DNA from: Camelus dromedarius
Lineage: Eukaryota
DNA length: 64,000 nt
Reading direction: 5' to 3'
Assembly: GCF_036321535.1 (NCBI RefSeq)
Contig: NC_087472.1
Coordinates: 101,124,001 to 101,188,000, forward strand
Part shown: one piece after another, positions 63,261-64,000 of the stretch
Position numbering within the stretch: position 1 is the first letter of the stretch
How the letters are laid out: every line of letters begins with the position of its first letter
Program-made: the position numbers and the translations under genes
Notes under the pieces: model-generated
What the model saw: the letters and a program-made list of their open reading frames with translations, nothing else
Databases searched by the model: none
Told to the model about the DNA's origin: nothing

Positions 63261-64000
63261 TGGGAGGAGAAACTTCGCTTTAGTCACTCCAGGCTTTTGA
63301 GTTTCCCAAAATTGCTAGGAGAGGACTGAGGACATGAAGGGTGATAGGTTTGGGAGAATACCAGTGGGCGGGTGTTTTCATCCTTTTCTTCAGAATTGCT
63401 CCCAAGTTTCAGAGGTCTTACACCGTGCCAAGACTGGGGAGAGGGTTTCCGAGTCAGGTTCTTGTCATTTTTCTTAGCCATCATCAGCTGAGGTATCTCT
63501 TTGTCCCTTCTAGCCTGTAGTCATTGGCCCAGAGCCGTTCAACTTTCTGTCCAATAGACCCGTTTGGATGGAGCAGCTCCTGTCTCTGCTCCTTCCAGGT
63601 CCCTCTGGAGCTCGTGGGGATTGTTTGCTGCCGCTTCATTTTTTTTTCAATCACTGGAAACAGGTATTATCCAGTTCTCCATATATTTCTGTTACCAAAC
63701 TAGGTCGTATGGACCCCGACTTGGGACCTAGCCCAGCGGAGGCCCCGTGCCTGGTGGAGAAGTTTCTTTTTTCGTTTGGCTTTGCTCAGCCAAAAGGAAA
63801 CCGAAACAGATCCAAGCCGCGCCAGCTTTATTCAATGGCCAGAGGATGGAGAAGCTGGAACTTAGTGCCTAAATCAACTTTTCACCCAGGGATGATTAAG
63901 GAAGATTTTACTGGTGAGGCTAACGAGGGGGAGGCATATGCATTGATTGTATGGTAATAGGTGGGGTTCTTCCTGGTACTGAGCTGCCACCTCTTTTTTG

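Noticed and set aside
63284..63957. ORFs or a processed pseudogene at the window end
   Set aside because: No recognisable protein, poly(A) or TSD by eye; needs BLASTX.

Overview
Mammalian genomic DNA, most likely camelid: six tRNA-Ala-like SINEs resemble Vic-1. The window holds one complete multi-exon gene on the + strand, recognised as BEND2 (X-linked, germline-expressed, two C-terminal BEN domains). It starts at ATG 8821 in a CpG-island promoter and has 16 reconstructed coding exons with compatible phases (2457 nt, about 818 aa). The stop is at 59285-59287 and the probable poly(A) signals are near 61624-61642. The main structure is a tandem exon-intron array at about 29.46-46.33 kb. It has nine copies of an exon-tail plus splice-donor block, and each consecutive pair is separated by an antisense ancient L1 (base period about 1.3 kb). 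Antisense L1 ORF1 sequence supplies the distal splice acceptor of the repeat exons. Five repeat exons look intact, three are broken, and no L1 follows the last copy. This layout fits an L1 insertion with a ~200-bp target-site duplication that created a new exon, followed by unequal-crossover amplification. The rest is L1, L2, MIR, LTR, DNA-transposon and SINE debris, a ~52-bp minisatellite in intron 1, and two further GC/CpG-rich regions. Gene and repeat-family names come from recall, not database searches, and repeat boundaries are approximate.
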